A stretch of DNA of 64,000 bases from Tricharina praecox (Eukaryota): assembly GCF_024521635.1 (NCBI RefSeq), contig NW_026250424.1, positions 248,001 through 312,000 on the forward strand. The letters are read 5' to 3'. The notes below the pieces were generated by a model. The model saw only the letters and a program-made list of their open reading frames with translations. It was not told the origin of the DNA and did no database searches. This document shows positions 1 to 13,611 of the stretch, in pieces (the stretch's first letter is position 1; each line of letters begins with the position of its first letter). The translations under genes and the position numbers were made by a program.

Positions 1-533
1 CCCTTGCCCTTGGGATTGGGATTATGGTTAGGATTCAGATTCAGATTTGGCTTTGGCTTTGGCTTTGGATACGACACCGCCATCTACACGCCGCGGAGAT
101 TGCAGATTATTCCTAGATGTGGCCGCCGGATGCGCTTGTTGTGTGTCCCCCTCCCCGTTGCCCCGTTGTCGATTTTCCGTTCCAACGGGGTGAGAGGAGG
201 GTGAAGGGGGGGCAGTTTGTTGGGTTTGGACTTTGCTTGCAGTGCTTGCAGGCAGCGCAGTGGACACTGGATGAGCTAACGGAGCTGGGCGCTGCCAAAT
301 GTCTCTCCTCCTCCGGAGCATGCTCCTGCATTCGCGATAGCCTCTCACTCCTCCTACCCCCCAACCCGACCCCCCAGCCCGACCCACCCCGGGCCCGCCA
401 CTCACCCCAGCCCGCCACGACCTCACCTAAGCGGAGATACGCGACGAAGGTTGCTTGCTTGCTTGTCGGCCTCCTAACCACCTGCCTTGTTGCTTGCTTG
501 TATGTATGTAGCCTGCCTGCCTCGCCTGTGCTT

Positions 534-597
534 TGACGGGGGGGCTTGACGGGGCTTGACGGGGCTTGACGGGGCTTGACGGGGCTTGACGGGGCTT
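534..597. repeat. 10-bp tandem repeat (GGGGCTTGAC)x~6
   Basis: Read directly from the sequence; it produces the spurious SSPVKPRQAP repeats in the ORF track. Confidence 0.9.
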
Positions 598-1885
598 TTT
601 TGTTCATTAGCTAAGGGTGGATTTAAGGTGTGGCTTTTTTTTCTTACTCTTTCCTCTTTCCTCTTTCCTCTTTCTTTCTTTTTCTTTCTTTCTCTCCCTA
701 GGATCTCTCGCTGTGAGTGAGTGAGTGAGTGAGAGCCAGGCGAGGCGAGGTGAAGTCGCATACAGACGTCAACCGGCTGTTCCGTAGACCATAGACAAGT
801 CTAACATGCTTCTCGAGGTGCTTCTGCTTCCGCTATTGCTTCTACTTCCGAGTCTCAAGGATCCATATGTCGACAGTGGACCTTCGCTTGGTTCGCCAGC
901 TGCCAAGTATGTACAAATTTACACAACCGGTACGGTAGGTATGTTGGCATCGCCGAGCAAAGTAGAGCAAAGTACCTAGGGAACTGGCATCCAACTTCAG
1001 CATCCCTCCTCCCCCTCCTCCCTTGCACCTGCAGGATGATGATGGTGCCGACGGTTGCTGGTGATGGTACGGTGATGATGAAAAAGGCTTGTTGTAACTT
1101 GTGCTGTTGTGCTCTTTATGGAGCAAGTACCAAGTACCATCCGTACTCCACTCTACTCTACTAGTAGTGCCTGATATATCCAGAATAGAATACCACCTAG
1201 AATACCAGTATCGACAAATACCTGTTTACTATGTTTATCCGTTCATCTCGTTTGCGTCAAGACTCGACATATATGTGATGTAGATGAAACACCGAATGTA
1301 CAGAAGTGTCGTGTCGATACGGTACCGGTACCGGTAGGTACATGATGTATCTTTGTATGCACAGGGAAGGAAGGAAGTTGACCGAGTCCGTTTTTGAGAC
1401 GGTGTTGGTGGGCGGGTGTCATGAGTAGGTGCCGGTATGTACCGTATTCTGCAGAACGCTTCGACATTGACGGTTATGAGTGTGTATTCTATAGAACGCT
1501 TCGACATCGACATCGGCGGCCATGGGTTTCACCATCGACCACCGGCGTGTGTCGCCTCTCGTCCGCCTGGAGCTTCTCCCGCGCCTCGAGAAGGACTCCC
1601 AAGTCCCTCGTCCCCCACCATCCACCACCTATCATCTTACCTACACGTGCCATACCTTCACTTCCATTTCCCCGCCCGGGGACACTTGCGGGGCACTGGG
1701 GCTTCACCAACTACATACACTAAACTAGACCTCCCTTCAACCTCCCTTACACCTCCCTCCCTTCTATCTACCTACCGAGATTCCTCCGGCCTTCTATGTA
1801 GATAGATACATAACTTCTCAAATTCACGGCAGACTAAAGTAGGTAGAGTAACTATCGTGATCATCGCAGCACGTTCCTCTCTCTT

Positions 1886-1977
1886 CCCCGTGTTCTCCGT
1901 GTTCTCCGTGTTCTCTCCGTGTTCTCTCCGTGTTTTCTCCGTGTTCTTCTAGACGTTCGACGTTCGACGTTCGACGG
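1886..1977. repeat. Imperfect (CCGTGTTCT[CT])n array followed by (GACGTTC)x3
   Basis: Read directly from the sequence. Confidence 0.8.
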
Positions 1978-4297
1978 TAGGTACCGTAGCTATGGTCCAG
2001 GGTGGAGGTGGAGGTGGAAAGTTCCTCACATCTTTCCTCCCATCCTCAATTCGGCTGCGTAGGTAGAGTACGCATGTCAAAATGCTTCGTCGTGCTCTAC
2101 GGAATGCAGAATGCAATATGCAGCCAAGCACATCTTACTTATGTAAGAAAGCCAAGCACAGCCAAGTCGATGCCAAGCATTCCCTCTGCTGCGAGCCTGC
2201 GGCTCACATTTCCGTGGGGGGGGGGGGGGGGGGGAACTTGAAGGGGTTGGGGGTACCCGTGCCAAGCGAGGCGAAAAATAACCCCCGAAAATCGGTTGCG
2301 GTTGCAACTTGCAATTGCTGCTCAACCTCAACAAAGTCCCTTTTTTTTTTGCGGGGAGGGTGGAGGGGGAGGAGCGCTGCATGTCCACCATAGGAAAATG
2401 CTTCCTACTGGGTATCGGGCCGTCTCCTTTTCTCTTCTCTCGGTGTGTATGCGAGAGAAAGGGATACCGGTATGTTTGGACGAGGCAACAGAGTCAAGAG
2501 TAAGAGTGAGAGTAAAGATCAATCAACGAAAAGAAAAGGCAGAATGAGCAAGCACACACACCCACAGACACACACATGCACACACCACCACACACGGTGA
2601 GGAGCCGCCACCCTCACCTGCAAACGGTACGTCACCATGCCTGCAGGTCTGCAGCTTCCCTGCATCCACCGAGTTCCCCGTTCAAGAAAGCCTGGTGGTG
2701 GATGCATTCTGAAACAAGCCGCGCAGTTGGTGAAACGGCGGGCTGCCCGGTTAGGAAGGATGAAAGGTTGAAGGATGGAGTGCGAAGGGCGAAGGATGGA
2801 CTGGATTTGATTGATCGTGGTGATGGTGGTGGTGTGTGCGTGGCGTGTGTGTGTGGGTGGTGGTAGTGTCTCAGAGACGATGAATGGTAAGAACCCTGTT
2901 CTCATGTATTCTGCTGCAACGCGTATACGAGGTCCCGACTGGTGGCGATGATGATGGTGATGAGTGACGAATATAATTATGTACCGCCAATATAATGATC
3001 GATTACCTAGATATTTGCTGTCAAGAATAGGCATCCGTATCCAACCCCCCGTTTCCTGCCCTGCCCGCCCGCCTGCTGCCTGCCTATGAGGAAGTCCAAC
3101 CGCTGGCTGGCTGTAGAAGAATCCATCTTCTTTGCATCGAGTTCTCTCTCCGGTACTCTACGTACGGTATGTAGAGTACACACTCAAGATGAACCGAACT
3201 GCCGCCAAGGCCATGGTAAGATGCGCAGTGACGTAACGGCGGAAAGAACCCGGCGACGAATCGGGAACAGCAGCACGGACCGCAAAAACGGTTCCAACCT
3301 GTATGCAGTAAGCTCTGTTCTCACCTTTCTCCACGAAAATCCGCGGGGCCAAACCGGTGATCTCCGGGTGAGGAAAGAGAGAGAGAGGGAGAGGAAGAGA
3401 CAGAGTGCGCAGTCAATCGATATGGAACGGTCCCTTGCCCGCTCGGTACATTTGGTGGTGGCGTTCTCTCTACCGGCGGTTTCCCCAGGATCCTCCGTTC
3501 CAGCGTGTTGGTGAGAGGTGTGCAGCTGAGGAGTGTGAGGGTTGTCTCCGATCGATAGGTCGAGGGGGTCCGTAAACGAAACAAACCTTCGCACGGCAAG
3601 TCCCAGGTGTGGTTTTCGAGGGAGAGCGAACGCACGGTAGGCGCTTTGACGACGACTCAGAGTAGAATCTAACTCCGCACAGGGTAGGGTGGAGAGGGTA
3701 GGGTAGAGTCCACTATAGTTGCGCTTGGCAGTGTTAAGCCCTGCCGTCCGAGCCGGTTGGCCTCATGCCGAACGCCTTTGTATTAATCCGGTTACTCGTC
3801 CATTAATTGGAACCCCCTTTCGTCATTTCTTCGGGCAGGCTTGCTGGACGGAGGTTGGCGTGCATCCACCCCTTCCACATTCCCCTCCCCCTCCCCATCC
3901 ATCGTCATCCTAACCCTTGTACGTGCATGACGCCCTCCCGCGCGACAGCTTTGTTTCCTCCGTGACACATCCACCCGGCACCACCAAATTTAGGAGAGTT
4001 AAATACTTGCCTGCCAGCTAGAGTAGAGCAGAGGCGACGACGCCAAGCTGGGGAAAAACCTGGAGTTCGAGAGAAAATACTCCGTACCAATCGTCATCGG
4101 AGGCGTTTATTGGGTTTGTATGGGGAACGGGGTGGTGGTGGTGGTGGTGGTGTGTAGCCGATGATGTCGCTGGGGTGGTGGTTTGAGGGGGGGCGGTTTG
4201 ATGGAGGGTGGTGGTGACTGATAGCCGTGGATGTGGTGTTGGGTGACATATGGCGGCGGCGGCGGCGGTGTTGGTGGTGGTGGTGGTGTTTGTGGTG

Positions 4298-4298
4298 G

Positions 4299-4348
<50 letters not shown>
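4298..4348. repeat. (GAT)n microsatellite, ~17 units, next to (GGT)n/(GGC)n tracts
   Basis: Read directly; explains the poly-D/M/H/I ORFs in the track. Confidence 0.9.
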
Positions 4349-6109
4349 CTGATGGAGGGGGCGAGAGAATGCAAAAACTTGGTCAAGGACAGGGAAGCGG
4401 CAGCTGCTCAAACGCGTGCCAATTGTCTGGAGATGGGTACTCTACCTGATCGGTTTTGGCTGCAAGTACCGTACTCTACACAGTTCGGTATCCACAGGAG
4501 CTCTTTCTCCGTGGACGCTGAAGGAACAGGGCCTGCCTGCATAGGGCACTTATGTGTGTGTGAGTGTGTGTGTGTCGACAGCTAGGTAGGTCGGCCATGG
4601 GTGGGGTGGGAATGAAGTACGGAGTAGAATAGAGGAGGTAGGGGGTCGCTCCGTGGTCGGCTCCAACCTTCGGGGTCTGTTGGTCGATGTCGGCCTTCGA
4701 TCGTGGAGGAGGAGATGGAGGATAAGGTGCGCGGCGGCAGTATCGTGTAGAGTGTGGAGAGGGTCGCCCCATGGGGTGTCGTCGGCGCAGACATACATGC
4801 GAACGGCGGAAGGGTGTGCGGGAATCGAGCGTTTTTATCTTCGTCTTCCCATCGTGCCAAAACCAACCTCCAAGGGCAATTCATCCATCGCCCATCATCC
4901 CTCCAGGCTCTGTTTTTCCTCGCCGTGCTGTCTGTCTCGATCAACCGCAAATCACCAACACGGCGCCTTGTTCCCGTCCATCATCCCCCATCGGTATCGA
5001 TATATCGATATCCACGGGAGATAATTGTAGGTAGGGGGAACACCGTTGTGTAGCCGAGAATCCCCATCTTCGGAACCTCCGAAGTTTTGCCTTCTCGTTG
5101 CCGATACTGCTTTGTATCATGGTACTGAGTGAGTAAGTGTGTCGTTACAGCCCTCTGACGCCGCCCGACTGGTGCTGCGCTGCTTTGCTGCCTTCCTGCC
5201 ACCGACTTGAAGCGGCGGCAACTCGAGACTACTGCAAGGACGTTTTGAGTGCATTGAGCGGACCACCACTCCACGGCCAATGGTTGTTGGTCGGTAAGTC
5301 ACCTCCACGGAGCCTTCCTTTTCGTCCCTCTCCCTCTCGTCCGTGGTCTCTGTGTGGACAGGAAGGCCGTGTACCTACTCTGCTGTAATATGACACCGTA
5401 TGCATGCCCTCTCCGTACCTATGCAACTGTGCCTATTATTTCTTCGCATCGAGCGCATCGTCATGTTGTAGGTAGTGGGTAGGCCTTCTTCCTACTTCTG
5501 CCGATTCCATTACTCCATTGCTCCATTACCGTACTCCAATACTTCATTACTCCATCACTCCATCATTCCGTCATGTAGTATGTACCTATTGCTCGATTCC
5601 ATTCGATCCCACTGCCGTGGCTGCCCTCCGCCTACACACGCCCCTCCTCCCCGGGATGATTATTGTCTTGCTAGCTGTGCCCTTCCGTTGCCTTGGTCCT
5701 GCGGTCCTGCCTGCTTCTGGCGGCCCGGCGGGAATAACTGGAGACATCTGCTAGGGGAGGAGGGAGGGAGGGAGGGAGGGAGGGAGGGAGGGAGGGAGGG
5801 ACGCACATGCACACGCCTACGCGGGCAGCGTACATGTGGGCACGCAGACGCCCACACACCTCGATGGCCCCGGCACTACGTACTCAACTCAACTCTACTC
5901 TACGCTTTCTTGCTCTTGCTCTTGCTTTGCTTTGCTCTGCTCAGCTTTGCTTTGCTCAACCACCCTGTCATTCCTGCTAGGAGAGGGTTGGCCTGGTTAT
6001 CATCGAGCCTTTCGGATATCTTGGTCTGACGGCGGGTTACCGCCTTTTGTTCGGACGGAAGCGGTTAGAGACCGTCTGCGGTTCCTTGTTCGGCCGCCCA
6101 GGTTGCGCC

Positions 6110-6210
6110 CCACCACCACCACCACCACTGTCGTCCAGGATGGCCACTACCACCACCACCCACCACTACCAATACCACCACCACCACCACCACCACCACC
6201 ACCACCACCA
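6110..6210. repeat. (CCA)n-rich microsatellite region
   Basis: Read directly from the sequence. Confidence 0.85.
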
Positions 6211-7670
6211 CTAACTGCCTCCTCCTCTACCATCACTGCCCATCCATCCATCCATCCACCCATCCTGCCATCCATCCATCCCTCCCCATCCCTCCCTTTC
6301 ATTGCTCTTTTCCTACCACCCACCCCCATCACCATCCTGGGATGTTGCATGGCTCGAAAGAGACAGCCAGAACTGTGAGCCAGAGAAAATGGCCGGAGGA
6401 ATGTGTGGTGGCCGGTTCACTTGCACGGCAAGAGAACTGAACTGGATGGAAATCATGGATGACATGGGTCGGCGGCCACAGCGAGAGACAGCAACCAGCT
6501 AAAGTCTTCTTGCCGGATCCCGCGCCCTGTCTGTCGTACCTCCCCTCCCCCCAAGTTGATCTTCCCTTTAAGCTCATAACGCCCACACCACACGCACACG
6601 CACACACCCCCCCCTCCACCCCACACATAACATATCTATCTCATATCTGGTTCTCTGTCTGCTGTTCGCTGTTCTTCGATTTCTTTGGCTTCGAAAGCAA
6701 AGAACCCCCCCCCCCCCCATATACATACAACCAACTATCAACCTCCTACCCACCCTCCCTTAACCTCCCGACATCCCACCCCCCCGGTCCCTCAAACAGT
6801 CCGCAATCCCAAATACATCTACCAAGACATCCCTCGCTCAACTTCCTAACCACCTCAACTACCTCCAACAACACCACCACCACCCCAGTACATATATACA
6901 GCGAAAGAAACACTCCTCGCCCTCTCCTCCGTTGTTCCAACTCTCTTTTCACGATAACTCCACCTCCTCCCCCTTGTGCCGATCGTACCAGAATTCCAGG
7001 TCCCCCATTCCCCTGCCACGAGCACTCAGAGATATCCCGTATCCCGCCCTTACCCGCCTGCCACTCCGCCGGTCCGCCTACCTCGGTGTTGATTCATCGT
7101 CGTCATTGGTTGTCTGTAACCCCTTCCCATACCTCCGGCGCATTGCTTTCAACGAAGAAATATATTCCTCCCCCCGTCAAGCACGGTCCACTTCGGTATT
7201 CCAAGTCCCCGTCAGATATACGGTACGGCAGCCCACTCCTACAATTTAGGCGGTTAAGCGCTAGATACCTACAACACCCATCCACCCCCGGTTCGACTCG
7301 ACCGCCGCCGCCAACTCTGTCTGTCGTCTGTATGCCGATATCCGTGCTAACTCGGTTGTTCGTCTATAGACTGCCCTTCGAACTTCACCGTAGTCCATTT
7401 CGTCGATCCCCGCAATTTTTCACCTCTCTTTCTCCAGCTTCGAAAATATTCAAAAGCCCTTGACAGGTTCCGCCGGTCGATCTCTTGCTAGGTGAATGCT
7501 TGAAGGTAGTTGGATCGTCACAGTGTCAAGCTTCCACCCTCGACTACAACAACAACACTCAACCGATCCGGTTTAAATTCACTCCAACAATACCAGAAGG
7601 AAAAGAAGAGGGAAAGAAAGAAAATACATATACCACCCACAAAGTTGCAAAACAGAACCCGAAAAATCAA

Positions 7671-8756
7671 ATGCACTACATGTCCCCAGAACACGTCCCC
7701 CAGTTCACCAATCCTTGGGTCTCGCAGGATCATCTGAACGACGCAGCCAACCTCCACGCTCTCTCGAAAACGCCAACAATCAGAACAACCGGAGTGTCGA
7801 GTCCATTCTTGACCTCACGGACAGACATGCGGCATCTCACATCGCAGCCGACAAGTCACTATTCGAATCCAACGGGGTTGATGCCGGGTGTTAGCAGTGT
7901 AGGACTCCCAGCCTTTACGAGTGCGGAAATGGCCATGAGCATGGCTGGATCGACGGCACCCTCACCGACCACTTCTGCGGGGACCTTCATGCCTTCCTTC
8001 TCGGCGTCGTTTGACCTTTCCTCCCGAAGCCAGGCCTCTGATCGCCGTCTGTCCCAGCCTGCCATGCATTCGAGTTCACTCTTCCTGAGTGCTGACTCCA
8101 TGCCAAAGCCACGGCAAGCTTCTCTCACAGATATTTCGTACCGACCCAGGCACACCGGAGACCTCGATTTCACCAGTAATTCCATGGACACCCGGGGGAT
8201 TCTCATGAGCCAGCCATCCAGGCCTCGTCACGACTCGATCTACCAGTCCTCTCACTCGGCCAATTCGTCGGTCTCGTCGACGCACTCGTTCCCGTATTAC
8301 GGCGGCTCGGTCGATTCTTCGGCCACCGACTATTCCGACGGCTCCGGTTACCCCCAGGAACGAGCCGGCACCATGCGATCGTCGCGTCCCAACAGCTATC
8401 TCAACACCGGCGCGACCGTGCCGAATCAGATGATGACCACGTTCAGTTCCAAGATCACGTCGAGCACGCAGAAGAAGCACAAATGCAAAGTTTGCGATAA
8501 GCGTTTCACGAGGCCGAGTTCGTTACAGACCCACACCTACAGTCACACGGGCGAGAAACGTAAGTTTGTCCCTACATAAAACCTGTTTTTAAAAAATATT
8601 TTTATTCCGGTTCCATTTTTCCAAGACCATTCCGGCTGACACACTCTCTCCATAGCGTTTGCATGTGAACAAGATGGATGTGGCCGGCGATTCTCCGTGG
8701 TATCGAACCTGCGAAGACACAAGAAGGTCCACCAAGGAAAACGGAATGGAGACTAG
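7671..8756 (+). CDS. flbC: C2H2 zinc-finger transcription factor, FlbC/FLE1 type (developmental regulator); exons 7671-8559, 8656-8756
   Basis: Spliced C-terminus KKHKCKVCDKRFTRPSSLQTHTYSHTGEKPFACEQDGCGRRFSVVSNLRRHKKVH matches the FlbC two-finger signature as I recall it; intron GTAAGT...GCTGAC...CATAG; Ser/Pro-rich N-terminus. Start codon inferred as first in-frame ATG. Confidence 0.85.
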
Positions 8757-10743
8757 AAGATTTTCGCTAAAACAAATCCGCCCGTCCATGCTCGAGTTTA
8801 CCACGACCCTCCGTCCGCCATGACGATTCTTTTTTTTCTCCCCCTCCCACTCCTATCTCACTCGAACTGTGGTGGTGTACAATTTCTCTCTAGAACCGGA
8901 GGTTCCTGACGCCTTACGACGCAAGAGACTTACGGAATTCCAATTTCATGACCGCTTTTTATAGACTGGGTAAATAGGGTGATATCGGGCTTGCTTTCGG
9001 GGACCGGTCTGTACGTTTTGCGCGCCTGTAATTGTTTAATCTTCTTTTCTTTGCCCTGTTTTTTCTTCCTCATTTTTTTTCCATTTCATTTCGAGTTGGT
9101 GCTCGATACCCACACTGGTATGCTTATGTGTCTTTCTCTTGATCTCTCTCTTGCGATCTATTCCCCTTTACTCCTGCACATACTTTTCTGTTTCTTTCCT
9201 TCTACTTTTTCCATATCTCTGTATCATGGGGCTATTGTACAACTCTACTTGTATGTTTTTGTAGGTGTTTGATGCCGTTTTGTTTTTTGTTTTCGGGGTA
9301 TCTTCTATGGCGTGTGTTCGTTTTTCCTGCTTTTTCTTGTCGGGTGTTTTTTTTTTGTTTTCCCTTGCTCTCCCTTACTCTATCCGCTTGCTTCCGCCGG
9401 AGTTTTTTTTTCGTTTCTTTCTTTCCACGATTACATACCGTATCTATAGGTTTTATTGGAAAAAAAAACACTGGAACGTGTATTATCTACAATTCACAAT
9501 ACTGGCTTTTTTGCACTTGGCTGAGTGTGAGTGTGATTGTGATTGTGATTGTGATGTGATGTTGTGATGGGAACGGTAGTTATATGCAACTCGGCGCATA
9601 TGTGGTGGTGATGGTGGTGGTGGTGTGAACGGTATATGGTATGCACTCGAATGTAAAATGTAAATGTAAATGTAATGTGGTGTGCACTTTGAAGGTGTGA
9701 AGGCGTGAAGGTGTGCACTGTGAAGGCGTGATGAGGGAGTGATGGCAGATGCCGAGCACTTCCACATTCCACATGTACGGTACATTGCATGCGCATATTT
9801 ACCTGTTATTCTCTGCACACACCATAGAGTACATCTGCACCTCGCACTTTTTTTCTATTCTTTGCTTTGCTTTTTTCACTTACTCTGGTGAGTGGAGTGG
9901 ATGGAGTGGGTGTAGTGAGGGTTTTTCTGTCATCTATGTACCGGTACCTGTGTACTGCCGATGAGTACGGTAGGGGATGGGGGAGGGTATGTAGGAGGGG
10001 GGGAGGGTAGGACATCTGGAAATAGAGTACGGTAGGTAGAGTGTGAGTGTTCGGCGTTCGCATTTTGCTTTTTCATTTCACTTTTTTTTGTTCGATTGGC
10101 GACTGACGAACAAAGGCCGGACGCTGGACGAACGCCGGACACCGAACGCCGGATGCTAGACGATGGACAGGCTGACCGAGTAACTGCGAGTGAGAACTCG
10201 TGGGGTTGCAGCAGGATAGCAGCCGGGTGTGAGGATGTCGGAAGTCAATTCCGGTTGCCGGCCTGTTTACCGACCGGCAGCTGGTGGGCCTACCGGGATG
10301 GCGAGATGGCGGCGGGGTTCATGGTACGGTACTCGTTCCGGCCGGGTGCCGGGGTGCGGTGAGGTGCGGGGGATGGATATGCGCGACCATACAACTACGG
10401 TGCCCCGCAAATTCACCCCGTCAGTCCCTACGCACGCACGCACGACCTCTCGATCACGCTCACTTACATACTTTACTTTGAAGTCTGCGCTTTAGTTGAC
10501 AGGTAGGTGCCAGGGGAAAGCTTATTTGGACGTTGTCTTTGTGGACCTACATACCTCCTACATACCTCCTGCTTGCTTGGGTAGATACCAGCATCGTGGT
10601 GGCTTGGGTACTATCGGCAGTAGGTAGTACCATCACTATCCGCGGGACTTTCCTACATATCGCTGCCGTGGAGCTGCTGTAGGGGATCCGCGACTTCTCT
10701 CCATCACCTACCTACCAAGGTACTCTACGCTGCGCACGCGACG

Positions 10744-12057
10744 ATGACGGACCCGACGGATACACATACGCACACGGACACCCACACGGACTCGCACACG
10801 AACTCGCACACGCACACGGACACGGGAAAGGTCCTCGCCATAGCCAGTCATGTAAGCCTGCCTGCGCGCCCGCCGCTTCTCCGTGCTCTGCATCATTCGC
10901 TGACCAGCACAGGTGGTTTCCGGGTAGCATCACCATCCCTCCTCCTCCCTCCACACCGCGTTCTAACCCTCGCAGCTTCGTCGGCAACACAACCACCACC
11001 TTCGTGCTGAACCTTCTAGGGCTCGAGACGGGCTCGCTGAACACCGTACAGTTCAGCAACCACTCTGGCTACCGGCAGCTGCGCGGCTTCCGCACGTCGG
11101 CCGCGCAGATCCTCGAGATCTTTGAAGGGCTGGAGCAGTCCGGCTTGCTGGAGGGGTTCGATATGCTGCTCACTGGGTATGTTCCCGGTGAGGAGGAGCT
11201 GCGCGCTGTGGGAAAGATTGCAAGGGAGGTTAAGAAGAGGGGTGGGGGGTTCTGGTGTAAGTACTCTACTCGGAGAGGGGGAGAGGGGAGGGGAGGGGGG
11301 ATGAGAGACGGCTGGCTGACATGACGCGGATAGTGCTCGATCCCGTAATGGGCGACCAGGGGAAACTATACGTCTCCGAGGGCGTAGTGCCGGTCTACAA
11401 GTCGCTCATCCACCACGCGGATCTCATCGTGCCCAACCAATTCGAGACCGAGTATACCCCCCGTCCCCCCTCTTCCTCTCGGCAACCCAACTAACCCAGC
11501 CCCGCAGACTCATCTCGGGCGTCAAAGTGACCTCCCTCGCCACGCTCTCCACCGCGCTGGATACACTTCACCGCATGTACTTGATCCCGCACATCGTGAT
11601 CACGTCGGTGACGTTCGACGGCGCATCAAAGATGGCGTGCGCAGGCAGCAGCATCACCTCTTCTGGCGCCAGCCGCAAATTCGTCGTCGACGTGCCAATC
11701 ATTGACGGGTTCTTCTCTGGGACCGGCGACCTATTCGCAGCACTGACGCTGGCGCGGCTACGCGAGCACTCTGCCGCCGCCGGGTTGCTAAGCACTGCCG
11801 GATGGATCCCGCCCGATGAGACGGCGACGCTCGATCTGCCGCTCGCGAAGGCCGTAGAGGTCGTCCTGGGGAGTATGCATCTCGTCCTCAAGAAGACGAA
11901 GAGCACGAGAGATCGCATCCTGCTGAGCCAAGCCGCGGAACAGGGAGAGAAGGAGAGGCATGTACAGGTCACCAGAGCGAGCGAGTTGAGGCTCGTGCAG
12001 TCGCAGGAGGAACTGCTGAGGCCTGGCTTGAGGTATGAGGCTACGGTGCTGCCGTAG
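10744..12057 (+). CDS. BUD16: Pyridoxal/pyridoxine kinase (PdxK/Bud16 family); exons 10744-10851, 10913-10923, 10976-11256, 11334-11451, 11508-12057
   Basis: Spliced motifs [60 protein letters not shown]; four GT-AG introns restore the frame. Confidence 0.9.
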
Positions 12058-12564
12058 TAGCCGCGATGCGTAATGGCGTGCAAGATGGAGATACCAGATA
12101 GATTAGATACCAGAGTGCTTTGTATATAGATTATTTGACATATGTTTGTAATATTACCTGCCAGTGTGGGTGGTTCTTGGAAACTAATCCGGAGCTCGTA
12201 GGTAGCTTCAGAGCTGTTGATGGCACGGTAGTTCATGAGTAGAGTAGGTGGTTCTATTGTTGAGGTTTCCAAGAGTTCAACATACAAAGAGAGCTACACA
12301 AAGGACTGAAGTTCAAGACCCTTGACGATATCCACAACACAGCTCGTCACTTAGTACTAACAACGAAAACAAAAATGTAATACGATGGTTTAGGCCCGAA
12401 AACATGGTTTCGATATTGAAACCCCCCATATTAGAACAGAAGTGAAAGCAATGCAGGTGGTACTAGGTAGGGAAAGGAGCACAAGCTCAGATCATGGGTA
12501 TCACTCGACGACCACGAGATTCTTGGCTGCTTGTTATTATTACTGCACATTTTTCGCCCCGCCT

Positions 12565-13611
12565 CTAATCGTCTGCGACCAGCACGACCACTGGAGCAGC
12601 AGCGGGTGTCGCTGGCGGCGGCGCTGGCTGACCACCATCTCCTCCCGCCGCTTTTCCGTGTTTCCTTTTCCGCTTCTTCTTGACCTGTCCATCTGCTGTA
12701 CTTGCCTCGGCGCTCTCCTTCACATCCGTAGTGGTCTCAATGCTTTCCGTCGGTTTAGCAGCCGGCTTCTCCGCCTTCGCCACAGGCTTCGGCGGCGCCA
12801 CCTTCTTCTTTACGCTCAACGGATTCGGCCCCTTCGGCCCACGCTTCTTCTTCTTCTTCTTCTCCTTGACCTCACCGTCGGCGCCCTCGCCCTCCACCTC
12901 CCCATCCTCCTCCCGTTTCCGCTTCTTCAGGACCTTATCAGCCGCCCTCGCCTCCACAATGCCCTGCAGAAACTTCTCCCTCTCCATCCCGTCGCGCTTG
13001 AACTTACTCGCGTCGTTCATGGGCTCAAGGAGCATAACGCTGCGATTGATGACAATGGAGGGGACGCCGGGAACGTCCTTGACGAGCGCGCGCACGTCGC
13101 GCGCCTGGAACGCGACAACGTAGCGGTGCTTGTTCACGCCGTTCTTGAGCACGACGCTCGCGAAACACTCTTTCTCCGGCAGTGGCGATTCCAGCTCGTG
13201 GTGGTTGCATTTTCGCCGCTCGAAGGATTTGGCGATACCGATGAGGCGGTCCTTGGCAGGGTGCTCGGCCGGAAGCTGGTATAGGTGCCGGATCGTGCAT
13301 TGCGTTATCACTGTGGTTGTTAGTGCGCGGAGACTCGGGGAGGAGGGGGAGGGGGGCGCCCAACTCGGCTTCACTTTGCCCCGCAGTGTGCGCTCCAAAG
13401 CCGCCGCTACCTCCATCGCGCATTTCGTCGCTTCCGTAAGCATCTCTGTGTCCACTGCGGGCCCGCACGACTAAGGGTCAGTGGGCTGTGGAAGAGACAC
13501 ATGGAGAGTGAGAGAGTGCGCACGCAGAACTTGGTAGGGCTCGCGGAAGCCGAATGTCTGATGGTACGCGCCCATCAGTTTTTTGTAGGCCTTCGAACGT
13601 TTCCCACGCAT
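12565..13611 (-). CDS. UTP23: rRNA-processing PIN-domain protein Utp23 (Fcf1 family); introns 13455-13523 and 13311-13364
   Basis: MRGKRSKAYKKLM..Y..TFGFREPYQVL, ITQC, FERRKCNH, NKHRYVVA.Q, VPGVP, KKRGPKGPNPLSVKKK. Confidence 0.92.

Noticed and set aside
4018..4585. Poly-His/Asp/Met/Ile ORFs
   Set aside because: Translations of a (GAT)n/(GGT)n microsatellite in several frames
7223..7313. tRNA-like words (AGGCGGTTAAG, GGTTCGACTC, terminal CCA)
   Set aside because: T-stem and acceptor stem do not pair; no cloverleaf
6459..7463. 334-aa Pro/Ser/Thr-rich ORF upstream of flbC
   Set aside because: C-rich low-complexity leader/promoter DNA with no domain; spans an apparent UTR intron
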